Of a DNA stretch of 64,000 nucleotides, positions 52,947 to 63,078 are shown one piece after another; position 1 is the first letter of the stretch; each line of letters begins with the position of its first letter. The position numbers and the translations under genes were made by a program. The DNA is taken from contig CAJUNZ010000003.1 in the NCBI GenBank assembly GCA_910587755.1, forward strand, positions 1,908-65,907, in the 5' to 3' direction. Origin of the DNA: an uncultured Acetatifactor sp. Its GTDB lineage: Bacteria; Bacillota; Clostridia; Lachnospirales; Lachnospiraceae. Under the pieces are notes generated by a model. The model had not been told where the DNA came from. It made no database searches and saw only the letters and a list, made by a program, of their open reading frames with translations.

Positions 52947-52960
52947 CTTTATACGCATTC

Positions 52961-53114
52961 CGGAACCCATTATCAGTCCCCCAGCGCAGGGACGGAACTT
53001 ATTTTCAGTCCCCCAGCGAAGACGCCCCGGGAAAATTTCAGCTGCACGTCCCTGGCAGATGAAATTTTTCCCCTCCAGGGGGCGGCGCAGCGCAGGGACG
53101 GAACTTATAATCAG
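52961..53114 (+). repeat. Repeated modules in the DUF402 leader
   Basis: 32-bp tandem units (52961-52992, 52993-53024); exact 21-mer CAGCGCAGGGACGGAACTTAT at 52982 and 53088. Confidence 0.8.
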
Positions 53115-53126
53115 GAGAATTATTTT

Positions 53127-53603
53127 ATGAAAATTGAGAAGATTTACCGCAGAAGAATTATCCCCGAAGAATGCATCCTCCTAAAAGACGACATCATTAT
53201 TGCGCAGGATGAAGAAACTCTTATCACCACATGGAACACCCTCCATCCCAAGGCCAGCTTTTCCCACGGCTGTTCCTGCTTCTTTCTAAAAGAGGGCATC
53301 AAAGTCAGCAAACTGTACCGCAGCGACAATACCCTGCTGCACTGGTACTGTGACATTGTGGATTACAGCTGCGACCAGGAAGGCGTTCTCACCTACACGG
53401 ACCTGCTGGCGGACGTGGTGGTCCACCCGGACGGGAGCGCGAAAGTGCTGGACCTGGACGAACTGGCAGAAGCCGTGGAGAGGGGCCTGATCACAAAGGA
53501 GCAGACCACCCGCTGCCTGAACAGCCTCCACCACCTGCTGGGCCTGGTATACCGGGAAAAATTTGACCGGCTGCAGGCCCCTCTGGAAAAACTGGGACTC
53601 TGA
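53127..53603 (+). CDS. DUF402 domain protein
   Basis: WYCDI, YTDLLADVVV, VLDLDEL motifs; AGGAG SD. Confidence 0.85.
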   Translation: MKIEKIYRRRIIPEECILLKDDIIIAQDEETLITTWNTLHPKASFSHGCSCFFLKEGIKVSKLYRSDNTLLHWYCDIVDYSCDQEGVLTYTDLLADVVVHPDGSAKVLDLDELAEAVERGLITKEQTTRCLNSLHHLLGLVYREKFDRLQAPLEKLGL

Positions 53604-53627
53604 CCCTGGGAACAGTTCCCCAGTTTC

Positions 53628-54800
53628 TCAATAGAAAATATGTCCACCGATACTTATCCCCGTAAGCCCTTCAATGGGAGTGCGGAAGAACACGCAGTTC
53701 CCTACATTGGTCACACCGGACATGGCCTCATCCGCCGCCTTGTAGCATTTTTCCGTGGCCCTGTTTTCCCCCAGTGCAAGGGCCAGACGGCCGCTGGCCA
53801 CAGGGGAGAACTGTCTGTTCTGGTAGATGACCCCCGCCACGGTATCCGGAAACTTGGAGCTCAGAACCCGGTTGATGACCACACTTCCCACCGCCACCTG
53901 TCCGGCGTAGGGCTCCCCGCCAGCTTCGCAGTAGATCAGATTGGCCAGAAGGTACCTGTCATTTTCCGCAAAAGTCACCTCGGAGATATCCCGCCAGGAA
54001 GCGTTGGCCGCCGCCTGGGACAGAGCGATCTCCTCCGCCAGCTTCTTCTTCAGGTACTCCAGATCCTCCTCCTTTTTCTTGATTTCGGCCTCATACTCCA
54101 GAGCCCTTCTCTCCTCGTCGGAAATCTGGTCCGCATACTTCGTGATGGAGCTGGAAGTCTGGCTGATGAGCCCCGACACCTTTTTCTTCTCCTCCTCTGC
54201 CTGGAGTTTCAGGGATTCCAGCTCGGTCATCTCCGCCTGAAGCCTGACCTCCTCCGCCTCAATCAGAATACGGTTCTCCTTGTACTGCTCCATCATCTTC
54301 TGGTCATAGTCCATCACCCGCTCGATATAGTCCGCAGTGTTGAGCAGATCCGACAGGCTCCTGGCAGTAAAAAGTGCCGTCAGATAGCTGTCCTCCTGGC
54401 GTTCGTACATACACCGGACAATGGCCACCATATTGGCATACTGCCACTTTTCCGTCTCCCTGGCCTCTTCCAGCGCCGCCTGGGTGTCCACAATCTCCTG
54501 CTCCTTCTGGCGGATCTGTTCCTCCAGCTGTTCCAGGTTCTCCACCACCTGTGACAACTGGTCATTTAAGTAGTTCAGCTCCTTCTTCAGGCTGTCCCGC
54601 TTACCCTCCAGATTGCCCAGATTATCCTGGGTCTTATCCAGCTCGTCTTCCAGATCCTGCTTTTCCTGCTCGGTCTTATCAATCTTGTCTTTGGTAGAAC
54701 TGGTAGCCGACACCACCATGGGCGCAGGCTCAAAGCCCAGGATTCCCGCGATCAGCACGATGCATAAGACAACCGCTGCCGCTTTATTCCATATTTTCAC
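53628..54800 (-). CDS. Cell wall hydrolase (SleB/Hydrolase_2) with coiled coil
   Basis: LIYCEAGGEPYAGQVAVGSVVINRV, QFSP, IGGHIF. Confidence 0.92.
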   Translation of the reverse strand: MKIWNKAAAVVLCIVLIAGILGFEPAPMVVSATSSTKDKIDKTEQEKQDLEDELDKTQDNLGNLEGKRDSLKKELNYLNDQLSQVVENLEQLEEQIRQKEQEIVDTQAALEEARETEKWQYANMVAIVRCMYERQEDSYLTALFTARSLSDLLNTADYIERVMDYDQKMMEQYKENRILIEAEEVRLQAEMTELESLKLQAEEEKKKVSGLISQTSSSITKYADQISDEERRALEYEAEIKKKEEDLEYLKKKLAEEIALSQAAANASWRDISEVTFAENDRYLLANLIYCEAGGEPYAGQVAVGSVVINRVLSSKFPDTVAGVIYQNRQFSPVASGRLALALGENRATEKCYKAADEAMSGVTNVGNCVFFRTPIEGLTGISIGGHIFY

Positions 54801-54851
54801 AGCACCCTCCAACGCCCCGCGCTTCCCTCCGGAATACGGAGCGAAAAAATG

Positions 54852-55346
54852 TCACACTTTGATATGTATCTGCCTGCCCGTCCTGGAGTAGGGCACATAT
54901 GCCACCCCCGCCGCGTCAAACATTCTCTTGGACGCCTTATTGGAAGGGGTGCCCAGGTACTTGTCGCTGTCATAGACCACTGTCCGGATCCCTGCCTGGA
55001 TAATGGCCTTTGCGCATTCACAGCAGGGAAAAAGGGATACATACAGCTTAGTCCCCTCCAGGGAACCGCCCCGATAGTTCAGGATGGCATTCAGCTCCCC
55101 GTGGGTGACATAGGGGTATTTTGTGTCTTGATCCCCCTCCCCGGCGGCCTCCCTCTCCCAGGGAAACTCCTCGTCGGAGCACCCGGAGGGGAAACCGTTG
55201 TAGCCCATGGAGAGAATCTTGTTGTCCTGACTCACAATGCAGGCTCCCACCTGCGTGCTGGGATCCTTGGAGCGCATGCCTGACAGATATGCCACCCCCA
55301 TAAAATACTCGTCCCAGCTGATATAGTCCTGTCTCTTTCCGCCCAT
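54852..55346 (-). CDS. dCMP deaminase family protein
   Basis: SWDEYFM, RSKDPSTQVGA, HGELNAI, PCCEC. Confidence 0.95.
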   Translation of the reverse strand: MGGKRQDYISWDEYFMGVAYLSGMRSKDPSTQVGACIVSQDNKILSMGYNGFPSGCSDEEFPWEREAAGEGDQDTKYPYVTHGELNAILNYRGGSLEGTKLYVSLFPCCECAKAIIQAGIRTVVYDSDKYLGTPSNKASKRMFDAAGVAYVPYSRTGRQIHIKV

Positions 55347-55347
55347 A

Positions 55348-55977
55348 TTATTTCGTCCCGAAAATACGGTCTCCCGCGTCCCCCAGACCGGGGACAATGT
55401 AGCCGTGTTCATTGAGTCTTTCGTCCAGGGCGCCCACGTAGAGATCCACGTCCGGGTGCGCCTCCCGCATGGCCGCCACTCCCTCCGGCGCCGCGATAAT
55501 GCACATAAAATGGATATTCCTGCAGCCCTTCTCCTTCAGCATCCGGATGGCCGCCACGGAGGAGCCGCCCGTTGCCAGCATGGGATCCACCACGAAAACC
55601 TCCCTCTCGGCGCAGTCCGCAGGCAGCTTGCAGTAGTATTCCACGGGCTTTAACGTGTCCGGATCCCTGTAGAGGCCGATATGCCCCACTTTTGCCGCCG
55701 GGATCAGACTCAGCATCCCGTCCACCATCCCCAGGCCTGCCCGCAGTATGGGCACAATGGCCATCTTCTTGCCCTTCAGTTCCTTTGCCACGGCCCGGCA
55801 GATGGGTGTCTCTATCTCCACATCCCCCAATTTCAGATCCCTTGTGGCCTCATAGCAGATCAGCGTTGCTATCTCACTGATGGTCTGTCTGAAGTCTTTG
55901 GTGCCGGTCTCTTTCCTGCGGATAAGACCGATTTTATGCTGGATCAGCGGGTGATCCATGATGATAACATTCGCCAT
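55348..55977 (-). CDS. upp: Uracil phosphoribosyltransferase
   Basis: [28 protein letters not shown]. Confidence 0.98.
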   Translation of the reverse strand: MANVIIMDHPLIQHKIGLIRRKETGTKDFRQTISEIATLICYEATRDLKLGDVEIETPICRAVAKELKGKKMAIVPILRAGLGMVDGMLSLIPAAKVGHIGLYRDPDTLKPVEYYCKLPADCAEREVFVVDPMLATGGSSVAAIRMLKEKGCRNIHFMCIIAAPEGVAAMREAHPDVDLYVGALDERLNEHGYIVPGLGDAGDRIFGTK

Positions 55978-56016
55978 GTCATTTCCTCCCTGTGGTATCT
56001 TGCGCTTTTTCGCTTT

Positions 56017-56448
56017 TCATGGTTTATCAATCAGGCCGATCCTCCTGATATGCCTTTCCTCCCCGGAAAATTCCGTGTTCAAAAAGGTATCTACAATGTC
56101 CAGGGCCAGATTTTCTCCCAGGATGCCCGCCCCCAGGGCAAGCATGTTGGCATCATTGTGAAGCCTGGTCAACCTGGCGGACAGGGTGTCCGTGCACAGA
56201 GCACAGCGGATGCCGGGAACCCGGTTGGCGCAGATGCTCATTCCCACTCCTGTGGTACAGATGACAATACCCCGGCGGCACCTTCCCTGGGCCACCGCCC
56301 GGGCCACCGCCTGCCCATGTTTGGGATAGTCACAGCTCTCCGGACTGTGACAGCCCATGTCCTCGTATGGAATCTCTCTCTCCTCCAGATACTTGATGAT
56401 CCTCTGCTTGAGTCCGTAACCCCCATGGTCGCTTCCTATCGCAATCAC
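56017..56448 (-). CDS. rpiB: Ribose-5-phosphate isomerase B
   Basis: IGSDHGG, DYP, CTTGVG, HNDANML. Confidence 0.96.
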   Translation of the reverse strand: MIAIGSDHGGYGLKQRIIKYLEEREIPYEDMGCHSPESCDYPKHGQAVARAVAQGRCRRGIVICTTGVGMSICANRVPGIRCALCTDTLSARLTRLHNDANMLALGAGILGENLALDIVDTFLNTEFSGEERHIRRIGLIDKP

Positions 56449-56473
56449 AATTCGTTACCCTCCTGTATCGTTC

Positions 56474-57532
56474 TTAAAGCTTTACCACCCTGTGTCCCGC
56501 CGCCTTCAGCAGCCGGTTCATAATGGCCTGGCCCAGCCCCTGGGCCGGAAAGCTCTCCGAGTAGATCTTTGTCACTTCTTCACTGTCAAATTCCCGCAGC
56601 ACGGAGAAGAGCCTTCTCGCGATTCCGTCTTCATCCCCATGTCTTCCCACACATTTTACCACATCTGCACGGTATTGTTCAAGTAGTTCCTGCGTTCCCA
56701 TGACACCGGTTTTTTCTCCCGCCTCCCTGTCCAGGGCTGTCCGACGGTTGATATAGGCCACCACCTCCCGGGGAGGCCCTTCCACCACCAGAAGCTCCCC
56801 GGCGGGGGCATAGTGCCGGTACTTCATGCCGGGAGCCCGGGGAGCCCCCTGTGCCTCCGTTCCCGGTCTCCCGGCCTCCACACTCCCCAGCACCCGTTGA
56901 AGCATCCCCTCCGTCACATAGCCGGGACGCAGAATCTGAGGCGGCTCCACCGTCAGATCCAGAATGGTGGACTCCAGGCCGATCCCCACCGGCCCCCCGT
57001 CCACAATCATCTCTATGCGCCCCTGCAGATCCGCCTCCACATGGGCCGCGCTGGTAGGACTGGGCCGTCCGGATACATTGGCACTGGGAGCGGCAATGAA
57101 GCCTCCCCCCAGCGCAATGAGTCTTCTGGCTGCCGGGTGGGAGGGCAGACGCACCGCCACCGTGTCCAGGCCCCCCGTGGTCTCTTTGGGCACCCGGGCC
57201 GCCTTGGGAAGGATCATGGTAAGGGGCCCCGGCCAGAAGGCCTCCCCAAGCCGCCTGGCCGCCTCCGGCACCCTTTCCGCCACAAGGCCAATGTCCGCCC
57301 ATCTGCAGATATGGACAATCAGAGGATTGTCCGAAGGCCTGCCCTTGGCCGCATAGATTTTTCTGGCGGACTCCGGGTTCATCGCATCCCCGCCCAGTCC
57401 GTACACGGTCTCGGTGGGAAAGGCCACCAGGCCCCCCTGTTTTATGATATTGCCTGCCCTCAGCAGCGCCTCTTCCTCCTGGGGGGTGAAGGCCTCCCGG
57501 CCCTGCCCCACCCGGACGATCTCTGTTCTCAT
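56474..57532 (-). CDS. sua5: L-threonylcarbamoyladenylate synthase (Sua5)
   Basis: FPTETVYGLG, KGRPSDNPLIVH, APSAN, APGMKYRHYAP. Confidence 0.96.
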   Translation of the reverse strand: MRTEIVRVGQGREAFTPQEEEALLRAGNIIKQGGLVAFPTETVYGLGGDAMNPESARKIYAAKGRPSDNPLIVHICRWADIGLVAERVPEAARRLGEAFWPGPLTMILPKAARVPKETTGGLDTVAVRLPSHPAARRLIALGGGFIAAPSANVSGRPSPTSAAHVEADLQGRIEMIVDGGPVGIGLESTILDLTVEPPQILRPGYVTEGMLQRVLGSVEAGRPGTEAQGAPRAPGMKYRHYAPAGELLVVEGPPREVVAYINRRTALDREAGEKTGVMGTQELLEQYRADVVKCVGRHGDEDGIARRLFSVLREFDSEEVTKIYSESFPAQGLGQAIMNRLLKAAGHRVVKL

Positions 57533-57581
57533 CTCTAAAGCCTCTTCCTGCAGGCCAATCTCCTCCTGCCAGAACCCGATC

Positions 57582-57804
57582 CTATTTTTCATTGTCCGGC
57601 CTGCCTGCGTTCCTGTCCGTATAGCAGTCCAGCAGCCCCACCGTCTCGTTGGCAGGACGGCCGTACATATTGCAGCATTTGTGGGATACCTCTCCGCCGG
57701 GGGGTGTCCTTTTCCTTCATCTCCACACTCATGCGCACCACGCCCATACGGGTCTCCTGGTCCAGATGCTTTAAGATTTCCTCAATCAGCTTTTCCTCCT
57801 CCAT
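57582..57804 (-). pseudogene. Small protein gene with a probable +1 frameshift in a C6 tract
   Basis: GGAGGAG SD plus ATG 57804. Removing one base at 57699-57704 gives ...GEVSHKCCNMYGRPANETVGLLDCYTD...stop at 57582. Confidence 0.5.
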
Positions 57805-58041
57805 ACGGCTCCTCCCTGCAGGTCAGCGGGGCACACGCCTGCTGACATTATCTCCCTTTTTCCCCCTTTTCATCCCCCCTTAAAACAGCTTTTTCCGAAA
57901 AGCCGCGCCTCCGGGGCAGAACGGCAGATGGGGATTTTATTTTCTCCTGATCCGTGGTATCATCATACATAAAGCGGACGGCCCGGCAAATGCCGGCAAA
58001 AAACCAGAAACCGTCCCAGACCAAACAGACAGGAGGGGCTT

Positions 58042-58890
58042 ATGATCATAGATTTTCACACACACATTTTTCCGGACTCCCTGGCAGGGCATGCGGTGAA
58101 AACCCTGGCCCGCAGTGCCGGGGCCTCCCCTTACCTGGACGGTACCAAAAGAGATCTTGTGAACTCCATGCGGGAGGCCGGCATCGACTGCTCTGTACTG
58201 CTGCCCGTGGTGACAAACCCTTTCCAGCAGGCCCACATCAACAGAACCGTCCTGGAGATCAATGAACACTCCGGGGAAACCGGCCTGATCTCCTTTGGGG
58301 GCATCCACCCGGACAATGAGGACTATCCGCAGATTCTGCGGCACCTGGCGGGAAACGGTGTCAAGGGCATCAAGCTCCACCCGGTCTTCCAAAAAACCTC
58401 CCTGGATGACATCCGGTATATGCGGATTATCTCCTGCGCCTGCGAAAATGATCTGGCGGTGTTAGTCCACGGGGGATGGGATATCAGCCATCCCGGCATG
58501 GACCAGGCCTGCCCCCGGCATGTTCTGCCCGTCCTGGACACCCTGCGTCCGCCCAAATTCATTCTTGCCCACATGGGAGGCTGGGGCTGCTGGGACCAGG
58601 TGGAAGCGTTCCTGGCAGGAAGGGATCTGTGGCTGGACACCGCCTTCTCCCTCATGCCCCTGCGCCCGGCTCCGGGAGCCGGAAAGATGCCCGGAGAGTA
58701 TCCGCCCCTTCCTGTGGAACAATTCCTTCGGATTGTAAAACGCCATGGCCCGGACCGCATTCTCTTCGGCACGGACAGCCCCTGGATCGGCCAGGCAGAA
58801 ATGATCCGCTGCCTGGAAGAAACCGGGCTCTCACCGGAGGAGCTGGCCGCCGTCCTGGGAGGCAACGCCGCCCGGCTGCTGCAGCTGTAA
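58042..58890 (+). CDS. Amidohydrolase family protein
   Basis: IDFHTH, GIKLHP, LAHMGG, ILFGTDSPW. Confidence 0.93.
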   Translation: MIIDFHTHIFPDSLAGHAVKTLARSAGASPYLDGTKRDLVNSMREAGIDCSVLLPVVTNPFQQAHINRTVLEINEHSGETGLISFGGIHPDNEDYPQILRHLAGNGVKGIKLHPVFQKTSLDDIRYMRIISCACENDLAVLVHGGWDISHPGMDQACPRHVLPVLDTLRPPKFILAHMGGWGCWDQVEAFLAGRDLWLDTAFSLMPLRPAPGAGKMPGEYPPLPVEQFLRIVKRHGPDRILFGTDSPWIGQAEMIRCLEETGLSPEELAAVLGGNAARLLQL

Positions 58891-58908
58891 CCTGGTATAA
58901 CCCCGGTT

Positions 58909-59496
58909 CTATTTTTCTGTCAGATTGATTGAGCGCCCCAGTTCAAAAGCCCTCAGATTCAGCTCCCGGAACCTGGCAGGCACCACCTCAGCCACGGCCT
59001 CCCGCCAGTCTTCCCGGGTGATCTCCGGAAAATACCCCGACAGCCGTCCCATCAGGGCGATGTTCACCGCCTTCTCGGAACCGGCCTCCCGGGCCGCCGC
59101 CAGAAAATCTCCCCCGTCCACCCGGGCTCCTGCCTTCTGCATTTTCTCCAGAAGCTCCCCCGGGTACACGGCGGCTCCCGTGACCACCGGCATGGGTTCC
59201 ACTTCCTGGGTGTTGGCGATAATCAGGCCCTGGGGCTTCAGATACTCCAGCCACCGGGCCGCCTCCAGTTTCTCAAAGGAGACAATAATGTCCGCCTCCC
59301 CCCGGTCTATCACAGGGGAGAAAACCTTCTCCCCGTAACGCACATAAGTCACCACGCTGCCGCCCCGCTGGCTCATGCCGTGCACTTCGGAGACTTTCAC
59401 GTCATACCCCTGCTTCAGCAGCACATGTCCAAGCAGCTTACTGGCCAGCAGGGTTCCCTGCCCGCCCACTCCTACGATCATGATATTCTTCGTCAT
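58909..59496 (-). CDS. iorB: Indolepyruvate:ferredoxin oxidoreductase beta
   Basis: GVGGQG, SEVHGMSQRGGSV. Confidence 0.95.
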   Translation of the reverse strand: MTKNIMIVGVGGQGTLLASKLLGHVLLKQGYDVKVSEVHGMSQRGGSVVTYVRYGEKVFSPVIDRGEADIIVSFEKLEAARWLEYLKPQGLIIANTQEVEPMPVVTGAAVYPGELLEKMQKAGARVDGGDFLAAAREAGSEKAVNIALMGRLSGYFPEITREDWREAVAEVVPARFRELNLRAFELGRSINLTEK

Positions 59497-59530
59497 TCTC
59501 TTGCACCTATCCCTCCATGGCATCCGTTAC

Positions 59531-61267
59531 TCAGGAGACACCCTGCTCCGCCAGCGCCCCCAGCCTGCACATCTGCGTACATACCTTGCAGCCAATGCAC
59601 AGCGTGGGATCGATCTTCGCCTTCCCGTCCCTGAGGGAGATGGCGGGACAGCCGATTTTCATACAGGCCCCGCAGCCTGCACATTTGTCCCGGTTCACCT
59701 CCAAAGGCGCTCCGTGTACCGTTCCTTTCAGCATGACGCAGGGCCTGCGGCTGATGATAATGGAAGGGGCCCGGGCGGCAAGTTCCTCCTCCAGGATCCG
59801 CTCCACCTCCGCCAGATCATAGGGATCCACAACCCTCACCCGCTCATAGCCCAGAGCCCGGCAGAGAGCTTCCAGATCCACCTTTCCCGCAGGCTCCCCC
59901 CGCAGGTTCCGGCCCGTTGTGGGGTTCTGCTGGTGCCCCGTCATGCCGGTGATGGAGTTGTCCAGAATGATCACCGTGGAGTTTGTCCCATTGTACGCTA
60001 TGTCCGTGATGCCCGTGATGCCTGAGTGGATAAAGGTGGAGTCGCCGATGACGCCGACACTTCTCTCCTCCCCCTGAACTCCCTGGGCTATGTTAAAGCC
60101 GTGAAGACCGGAACAGGAGGCCCCCATGCACACATTCAGATCCATGGCGTGAAGAGGCGCCAGCGCCCCCAGGGTGTAGCAGCCAATGTCCCCGTACACC
60201 ATGCAGTTTTTCTTGTGCAGCACATAGAAGACACCTCTGTGGGGACATCCAGCGCACATGACAGGGGGCCTGCCGGGGATCTCATCCTCTATTTTCATGG
60301 TCTCCGGCACAGGCAGGCCCATGGAGGATCTGACCAGGTTCTGGGAAAATTCTCCGCATATGGGGAAGATATCCTTGCCGGAAACTTCTATGCCCAGCTG
60401 CCTGCAGTGATTCTCAATGATGGGATCCAGCTCCTCCAGCACCACCACCCGCTGACACTTTGCAGCAAAATCCCGGATCAGCTTCTCCGGCAAAGGGTGG
60501 ACCATGCCCAGTTTCAGCACGCTGGCCTCCTGGCCGAAGACTTCCCTGGCATACTGATAGGAGACGGAGGAGGTGATAATTCCCAGGGCGGTATCCCCCA
60601 TCTCCACCCGGTTCAGATCGCAGTTCTCCGCATATTCCCTCAGATCCCTGGTGCGCTGTTCCACCCGCACATGGGCGTTCCTGGAATTCACCGTCATCAT
60701 CACCCGGGAAGGGTCCTTTTTGTAAGGACGCTCCGGAGGGTTCACCCGCTCTCCGGTCTCCACCACAGACTGGGAATGGGACACCCGGGTACAGAGTTTC
60801 AGAAGCACGGGGGTATTGTACTCCTCCGACAGCTCAAAGGCCCGTCTGGCAAAAAGCAGCGCCTCCCCGGAGTCGGCAGGCTCCAGCATGGGTACCTTTG
60901 CCGCCTGGGCGTAGTGGCGGGAATCCTGCTCGTTCTGAGAGGAGTGCATCCCCGGATCGTCGGCCACACAGATCACAAGCCCTGCGTTCACTCCCTGGTA
61001 GGAGATGGTAAACAGGGGATCCGCCGCCACATTCAGCCCCACATGTTTCATGGCGCAGGCGCTTCTGGCCCCTCCCAGACTTGCACCGTGAGCCGCCTCC
61101 AGGGCCACCTTCTCGTTGGGAGCCCACTCACAGTAGATATCCTCATAAAGGGCGGCCTCCTCCGTGATCTCCGTGCTCGGCGTGCCCGGATAGCTGGAGA
61201 TCACCCGGCAGCCCCCCTCATACAGGCCCCGGGCCACCGCCTTGTTGCCCAGCATCAATTCTCTCAT
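59531..61267 (-). CDS. iorA: Indolepyruvate:ferredoxin oxidoreductase alpha
   Basis: YPGTPSTE, NEKVA, CAGCPHR, GDIGCY, C-terminal ferredoxin motifs. Confidence 0.96.
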   Translation of the reverse strand: MRELMLGNKAVARGLYEGGCRVISSYPGTPSTEITEEAALYEDIYCEWAPNEKVALEAAHGASLGGARSACAMKHVGLNVAADPLFTISYQGVNAGLVICVADDPGMHSSQNEQDSRHYAQAAKVPMLEPADSGEALLFARRAFELSEEYNTPVLLKLCTRVSHSQSVVETGERVNPPERPYKKDPSRVMMTVNSRNAHVRVEQRTRDLREYAENCDLNRVEMGDTALGIITSSVSYQYAREVFGQEASVLKLGMVHPLPEKLIRDFAAKCQRVVVLEELDPIIENHCRQLGIEVSGKDIFPICGEFSQNLVRSSMGLPVPETMKIEDEIPGRPPVMCAGCPHRGVFYVLHKKNCMVYGDIGCYTLGALAPLHAMDLNVCMGASCSGLHGFNIAQGVQGEERSVGVIGDSTFIHSGITGITDIAYNGTNSTVIILDNSITGMTGHQQNPTTGRNLRGEPAGKVDLEALCRALGYERVRVVDPYDLAEVERILEEELAARAPSIIISRRPCVMLKGTVHGAPLEVNRDKCAGCGACMKIGCPAISLRDGKAKIDPTLCIGCKVCTQMCRLGALAEQGVS

Positions 61268-61317
61268 CCATGCTCCTTTCCGCCCAGCCGTCTTTCAGGG
61301 CAGCCATGAAGTATTTT

Positions 61318-62952
61318 TTATGACATGTTCTCCTTTTCCACCAGCTGATCCGCACCGTACATCCTGCGCAGCCTGGGCTTCTCTATCTTGCCTGTGGCAT
61401 TCCTGGGTATCTCATTGAAAATGATCTCCCTGGGACGCTTGTACCTGGGAAGCTCCATGCAGAAGGCCTCAATCTCCTCCCTGGTACACGCCATCCCCTC
61501 CTTGATCTCAATTATGGCAGCTGTCTTCTCCCCCAGTCTTCTGTCCGGCAGACCGATGACGGCGGCATCCTTGACCTTGTGAAAACGGCGGAGAAAATCT
61601 TCAATCTGCACAGGGTAGATATTTTCCCCTCCGCTGACAATCACGTCCTTCTTCCGGTCCACCAGGAAGTAGAACCCGTCCTGATCCTGCCGGGCCATGT
61701 CCCCTGTAAAGAGCCACCCTTCTTTTAAGGTCTCCTCCGTGGCCTCCTGGTTGCGGTAATAGCAGGTCATGACGCCAGGGCCCCTGACGCACAGCTCCCC
61801 CACTTCTCCCTGGGGCACTTCCTTCCCCTGCTCGTCCACAATCCGGCACTCCCAGCGCCAGCCGGGCACTCCGATGGCGCCCACCTTATGTATGTTCTCC
61901 ATGCCCAGATGCACGCAGCCAGGGCCTGTGGACTCGGACAGACCGTAATTGGTGTCATAGGCGTGGTCCGGAAAATATTCTTTCCATCTTCTGATCAGGG
62001 AAGGCGGCACAGGCTGGGCGCCAATGTGCATCAGCCGCCACTGGGCCAGCTCATAGTCCCCAAGGCGCAACTCCCCCCGGTCCAGGGCGTCCAGAATGTC
62101 CTGGGCCCAGGGCACCAGAAGCCACACAATGGTACAGTGCTCCCTGGAGACGGTGGAGAGAATGGTCTCCGGCCTGGTGCCCTTTAAAAGCACCGCCCTG
62201 GAGCCCGCCACCAGGCTTCCCATCCAGTGGAACTTTGCCCCGGTGTGGTAGAGGGGAGGAATGCACAGGAAAGTATCCTCCCGGCCTGTGCCGTGGTGCT
62301 TCTGCTCCATCTCGGCCGCCTGGGTGAGGCTTTGGTGCTTATGAAGAATGGCCTTGGGAAATCCTGTGGTGCCCGAGGAGAAGTAGATCGCCCCAAAGTC
62401 CTCCTCCGAAATCTCCACCCCCGGCTCCTGGCTGGAGCAGTCCGCCACCAGCTCGTGGTAGCTCTCCGCAAAGCTGGGGCAGTTGTCCCCCACATAGATC
62501 AGCAGCCTCCCCTGGCAGAGGCGCTCCGCGTTGGCCTCAATACGCCCGATAAAAGCCGGTCCGAACACCATCACATCCGCCTGGGCCAGCTCCGCACAGT
62601 ACAGGATCTCCTCCGCGTCATAGCGGAAGTTAAAAGGAACCGCGATGGCGCCGCTTTTGAGTACGCCAAAATAGATGGGCAACCACTCCAGGCAGTTGTA
62701 CATCAAAACAGCGACCTTGTCCCCCTTTTTGATCCCCCGCCCCAGAAGCATGTTGGCAAAACGGTTGGCCTTCTCGTTAAATACACTCCAGGTGATCTCC
62801 CTGCGGTAGGGCTCAAATCGGTTTGACTCGATCAGGCCGTACTCCTTCCATGTGGTCCTCCGGGTATCCTTCTCGTCCGGATTCAGCTCCACAAGAGCCA
62901 CCTCGTTTGGATAAAGCCGCCCATTGCGGCTGAGAAACTCTGTAACTGGCAT
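61318..62952 (-). CDS. Acyl-CoA synthetase (AMP-binding)
   Basis: FSSGTTGFPK, YGLSE, TGD, RKKDVIVSGGENIYP. Confidence 0.95.
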   Translation of the reverse strand: MPVTEFLSRNGRLYPNEVALVELNPDEKDTRRTTWKEYGLIESNRFEPYRREITWSVFNEKANRFANMLLGRGIKKGDKVAVLMYNCLEWLPIYFGVLKSGAIAVPFNFRYDAEEILYCAELAQADVMVFGPAFIGRIEANAERLCQGRLLIYVGDNCPSFAESYHELVADCSSQEPGVEISEEDFGAIYFSSGTTGFPKAILHKHQSLTQAAEMEQKHHGTGREDTFLCIPPLYHTGAKFHWMGSLVAGSRAVLLKGTRPETILSTVSREHCTIVWLLVPWAQDILDALDRGELRLGDYELAQWRLMHIGAQPVPPSLIRRWKEYFPDHAYDTNYGLSESTGPGCVHLGMENIHKVGAIGVPGWRWECRIVDEQGKEVPQGEVGELCVRGPGVMTCYYRNQEATEETLKEGWLFTGDMARQDQDGFYFLVDRKKDVIVSGGENIYPVQIEDFLRRFHKVKDAAVIGLPDRRLGEKTAAIIEIKEGMACTREEIEAFCMELPRYKRPREIIFNEIPRNATGKIEKPRLRRMYGADQLVEKENMS

Positions 62953-63078
62953 ATCTCCATTCCTTTCCTGCAGCAGGCCTATGACTTCCCACGCTGCTTC
63001 TAAGGGTAGCATATATGCCTGAAAAAGTCAATTTCCGTGTTATTTCGACAAATATCTCATCCTGAAAACAGGAATGCC

